Below, one piece after another: positions 59,366-64,000 of a stretch of DNA of 64,000 nucleotides. Location: positions 12,896,001 through 12,960,000 of the forward strand of contig OZ024745.1 of NCBI GenBank assembly GCA_964016885.1, read 5' to 3'. Position 1 is the stretch's first letter, and every line of letters begins with the position of its first letter. The position numbers and the translations under genes were made by a program. The notes beneath the pieces are model-generated. The model was not told where the DNA came from and did not search any database. It was given only the letters and a program-made list of their open reading frames with translations. Source of the DNA: Eledone cirrhosa. Lineage: Eukaryota.

Positions 59366-59700
59366 ATATTCATTCAAAATATTAACAAAAATAGAACTTC
59401 ATTGTGATCAAGTATATTTTATTATACATATTTCAGAGGTACTGAGCTAACTTCAACAGTACGTCCTCATCAGATAAAATAAGATGATGCATGACATACC
59501 CTGACATAGTAGATGGTTAAGATCCAGTCATGGTATAAATATAATAAAATATACTTGATCACAATGAAGTTCTATTTTTGTTAATATTTTGAATGAATAT
59601 CAATAACTCCGGAAAACCTTTTTTCTGTTGAGTGCTTCCAATCTATTGTAAAACTAATTCTTTGATGTATTCATCGAACCTTGTTTAACCTTTAAGTATA
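59366..59700. mobile_element. Family I: 61-bp inverted arms (59366-59426 and 59540-59600) plus ~100-nt tail, in (TA)n
   Basis: Reverse-complement match between the arms. Confidence 0.8.
59416..59480 (-). ncRNA. Type I hammerhead
   Basis: Minus strand reads ATTTTAT-CTGATGA-ggacGTACTG...CAGTACctct-GAAA-TATGTA-TA-ATAAAAT. Confidence 0.8.
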
Positions 59701-60019
59701 GATATATATATATGTATATACGCACACCCACACACAGTGGAACCTCGGTTCACGACCATGCAAGCTGCCAACAACACTTGGCGACAAGCTGGGAGTATCG
59801 GCGGTAAAGCATCACTTGCTGTGTAGTTAGTTACTATGGTAACATCTCTCTGCCTTTCAAACACTGTATACCTTTCTCTCTCACAGAATTTCTCTCTCAA
59901 TATTTCGTATGAAAAAAAAAAAAAAAAAAGTTTCGGCTTACGAACATTGGTGGCCTTCAGGAAGGAATTAGGTCGAGAACCGAGGTTTCACTGCATATGC
60001 TTCTTTATGTGTGTATATG

Positions 60020-60103
<84 letters not shown>

Positions 60104-60339
60104 TGCTGATGTCGCACCGCCCCAACAGAGGGGAGAAGGCAAACATATACAGAGCAATACAGACGGCGGCAGCGGAGCAAAGGAGTTTTTAGAGATGGCG
60201 GAGAGGATTGTGGGACAACTGACCTGACCTGGCTGCATCGTTTTCAGAGCCAGGGTCACTCACACCAACACTCGAGACCACCACAATCAAAGGACCCAGG
60301 GCGGCCACCGCTGACACCAGGCCAGGTGCCACACCGATA

Positions 60340-60990
60340 GCTATTGCTGACACCCCAAATGTCACATCAGTGCTGCTGTTGAATGTCAGAGGCCTGTTGA
60401 AACTCACTAACATGGATAAATTTCCGTACCTGAGAGACGTAACCATAAGCAATCAAACAATATCCATGGCACTAACTGAAACGCACCTGACAAACAGATG
60501 CGGAAATACATATACCAACATACACTTCATTTCGTTCAGACAGGAAGGAGAGAATGCATGGTGGGGTTGTAGATCTGTGAAGATGTCACACCCATGAGTC
60601 AACAGTACAATGTAACACACTGATAGTACATATAAAGCAACTAGAAATGGTAATATGTGTCACATATCACGAATAGTCACAAAGGTAAGTTTGAAGATAG
60701 CCTCAAAAGGATGGAATAAGTCCTTGACAAACTGGACCAAGGTCTCAAAATTCTGCTGCTGGGAGACTTTAACTTATCGAAGGTCAAATGGCCTGAAGGC
60801 CCTCAACTCTTCAACAAGCTGCCAAGAAATTTGAGAGATCTGCATGATGTGGACGTGGATGTTTTCAAGAAACATCTTGATACTCTGCTATCGAGGATCC
60901 CGGATGAGCCCACAGCACTACGAAGGTAACTTAAGGACAGCAGCAACGAACTCCCTCTTACACCAATGGCCAGCCAACACAGAATGTGTA
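60340..60990 (+). pseudogene. Internally deleted CR1-like LINE ORF2 relic (APE endonuclease start fused to C-terminus)
   Basis: LLLNVRGL...ALTETHL and ILLLGDFNL, then directly GPQLFNKLPRNLRD...FKKHLDTLLSRIPDEP. Confidence 0.75.
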
Positions 60991-61105
60991 GCAACAAGGT
61001 CGGTGTCCCAGCATCGCCTCAGCCGGATGGCTAGAACAGGTAAAAGAGAATATATATATAGTTTACCTCAGTAAATGTAATGAAAAATTAACACCTCGTC
61101 CATTT

Positions 61106-61155
<50 letters not shown>

Positions 61156-61219
61156 CCACGTCACAGTTCTTAGCCATTTTGAATTCGTTTCTGGCGGGGA
61201 TCATTTAAAAAAATTCTTT

Positions 61220-61301
61220 GTTTCCTGATGAGTTCGAAGCTCGAGAATTTATCCTTGATAGGATATTTCCGAAAGCGAACGAAATCCTGAAGGGTAGAAA
61301 C
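61220..61301 (+). ncRNA. Type I hammerhead with conventional stem III (family J), in a ~440-bp element between (TA)n tracts (~61153-61594)
   Basis: GTTTC-CTGATGA-GTTCG...CGAAC-GAAA-TCC(tgaa)GGG-TA-GAAAC. All three stems pair. Confidence 0.85.
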
Positions 61302-61591
61302 GTAATCCTGGTATGTGTATATGCATTTTTTCTTCTAACTTTTATTTTATACCTAATTGTGTATGGTTGACGATATATTTAATCGATTTCCATGTGCTAT
61401 TGAAATGCTGGGTACATATTCTATAGCGGTTGATCGCGCGAATAGATGGCTGTCGTTTATTTATCTACTATTTCTTCATAGGTGCCTTTTAATCATATAG
61501 CCTTGTTTAATTGGTTTTTTGTGTGGTTGATTATGCTAATTGGGAGAGGAAATTGTATATATGTATATTATCAAATGATTCTATGGACATA

Positions 61592-61672
<81 letters not shown>

Positions 61673-61856
61673 TTGCCAGCCACCATGGGCACAGTCATGC
61701 ATGAGAAAATTAAAAAGAAGTATAAATATATTCGGACACGAGGAGGAGCCTTATACTCATTAATGATGGACGCTATAAACCCTATCATAGCTCAGTGTAG
61801 TGTTGATGAGAATATCCAATGAAAGCAAAGCGTACATTTGTGTATATGTGTGTGTA

Positions 61857-61929
<73 letters not shown>

Positions 61930-62646
61930 GAGAGAGAGAGAGAGACTGGCTAATATCCAGCTGATCGTATTTCGAATCATGTCAGCAATATCTCCCGATG
62001 ACATTACTGTTTTATTTATTATATTCTGTTTCGTTTATCATATTAGCCATGAGGTAGAAACTTGTTGAGATTCAATGTGTCATTATTATTTGAACATCAA
62101 CTATGCTTTAACCTTTACTTGAAACAGTAAACTAAATATAAACAATCTAGTTTTAGAACTACTGGGCTGGTAGGATGTTTTTAATTTTCACGTTAACTTA
62201 AAGTTAGAAGCATAAACGTACGTATTTGGCTGTGAAAAAATAGTTTAAATTAGATACAAAAGTCCCTTGGACGGGCGATGTTCTACAATTTTTCTTGTCA
62301 TCTTCAGGAGCTTATATGTCTAAATTATTAAACTGAGTATGTTTTATTACAAATCTCTGGTTAACTGTTTCTTGTTCTTTTTTGAAAATATATAAAGAGC
62401 TCTTATATATCATCTATTATATATTTCTTAATGTTTGTCTCTGTGTGCACCCCATCCTTTTACCCCTGATCCCTTAAGTATTTTTTCACATTCCTCATCA
62501 CACTTTTTCGCATCCCTTTTTTCATTTGTATGTAGCCGTGATCTTCATCCTTTTGCTGTAGTTATCATCTACTTCTCCGTTACCACTACGGTATTGAATC
62601 AATGTTTTACTAACCTACATCTTAATGCCACTCCCTTTCTCTAACA

Positions 62647-62834
62647 ATTGTTTCTATTTTTGGCACAAGGCCAGCAATTATCCTAGTGTATTACTGGTAC
62701 TTTATTTTATCGACCCCGTAAGGATGAAAGGCAAAGTTAACCTCGCCGGGATTTGAACTCAGAATGGCAAGGGCCGTAACTCTTTACTGCAAAGTATGGC
62801 GTCCGACCCTCTACCGATACTGCCAATCCACCGC
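62647..62834 (-). mobile_element. Near full-length tRNA-derived SINE (octopus-type)
   Basis: Minus strand has A box TGGCAGTATCGG and B box GAGTTCAAATCC. Many partial copies occur (~6525-6665, ~11820-11873, ~28575-28840, ~63040-63115). Confidence 0.8.
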
Positions 62835-63669
62835 CCTTTCTCTAATAATGTTACTACCTCTTATTTCCACTTTCCCATCTCTTTGTCTTTCCACTCACTT
62901 TTGCTTTCTATCCACCCCATTCTCTCTCATATTCCTTCCAGTCTTCCCTAACCGCTAGGTTATCTGCCTTCTTTCTTTTTAACTTTAAATTACATTTGTT
63001 TTTTTTTCTCTTGTTTTTTTTTACAAAGGTCCAAGCTAAAAAATTTGGTAGGAAAGACTAGTCGATTACATCGAGCAATTCTTGACTAGTACTTATTTTA
63101 TTGGCCCCAGAAGGAGGAACTGCCTCAATAAAGCCACAGAAAAGCCATCTGTCAATTACGATATCCCCTCCACCGTTGTCACCTTCACTTTAGCTTTCTT
63201 TTAACTTTTCTTACTGACACTCTCTACTTCATACTATTACATTTTATTTACACTCCTCCACTTCTGCTTTTCTCTTTCATTCTTCGGATTGCCTTTCTCT
63301 CCCACTTTCTAACCCCCCTCACTACTATATATATATCTCATATTCTTCCAATCTGAACTAATGAATGTATACTTTGCGATCCCCAGAGAAATGGAAGGTA
63401 GGACTGCTTCTGTTTATATTTTGAACTCATAACCTGGAAGGACGAAACTATATGATTCGATTCTATGTGGCAACCACTGTACTCTCCATGCGCAACATAT
63501 TCAATACCCTTAGGTATGGCTGAAACACCACAATATCCCAATATTCGTCTCTTATCCATTTGAGACGACAATTAGTATTTAATAATTAAAACATATAGAC
63601 ACGAACACAAACAGTCAGGGTACTTTTGTATTTCAAACTGTTCAGAGCTGTACACTCACTCGTAAATTC

Positions 63670-64000
63670 ACATTGGTCATAATTTCAGATTGGTCATAGT
63701 TCCATACTGATCCTAGGCATACACTGATCATAGGGTCATACTAATCATAGTTGCAGACTAGTTATAGATCTACACAGATCATAGCTCCACAACAGTCATA
63801 GGTGTACACTTCTTCTGTCCCTAACTTCAGATTAGTCATATTTTCACTCTGATCAACACTAGTCTTAAGTCAACATTGGTTATAGGTCCATAATTCTCCT
63901 AGATTTATACTGGTACTAGTTATAGGTCCACATCTATCACAGTTTCACAATGATTAATACTTGTCATAAATTCACACTGGTCATAAGACAACACTGGTTC
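63670..64000. repeat. Degenerate 17-bp minisatellite (consensus ~CACACTGGTCATAGNNN), running off the window
   Basis: cacattggtcataattt / cagattggtcatagttc / catactgatcctaggca / tacactgatcatagggt and further units. Confidence 0.85.

Noticed and set aside
62647-62834. tRNA gene
   Set aside because: A and B boxes are present but there is no cloverleaf, and the multi-copy body indicates a SINE.
57847-64000. 17-bp repeats as a CRISPR array
   Set aside because: No spacers, no cas genes, and a eukaryotic context.

Overview
AT-rich, repeat-saturated eukaryotic DNA. The tRNA-derived SINE family and the dense (TA)n/(CA)n microsatellites resemble octopus/cephalopod DNA, which is an inference. No host protein-coding gene is recognisable. 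Bases 1 to ~35.8k are a recent tandem duplication of a ~17.3-17.5 kb unit (two full periods plus the start of a third) made of transposon relics. Bases ~39.2-45.5k are a triplicated (ACC)n-rich compound repeat. A near-intact Penelope-like retroelement (PLE; RT + GIY-YIG, 894 codons, minus strand) with tandem and inverted pseudo-LTRs lies at 46.4-51.3k, followed by a decayed Helitron. The most striking signal is about 19 type I hammerhead ribozyme motifs in about 10 different sequence families. All sit next to (TA)n, and most share the PLE layout of (TA)n, an inverted repeat with a one-sided tail, then (TA)n. They carry family-specific palindromic stem III sequences and non-canonical core variants. 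All folds were read by eye and none was computed.
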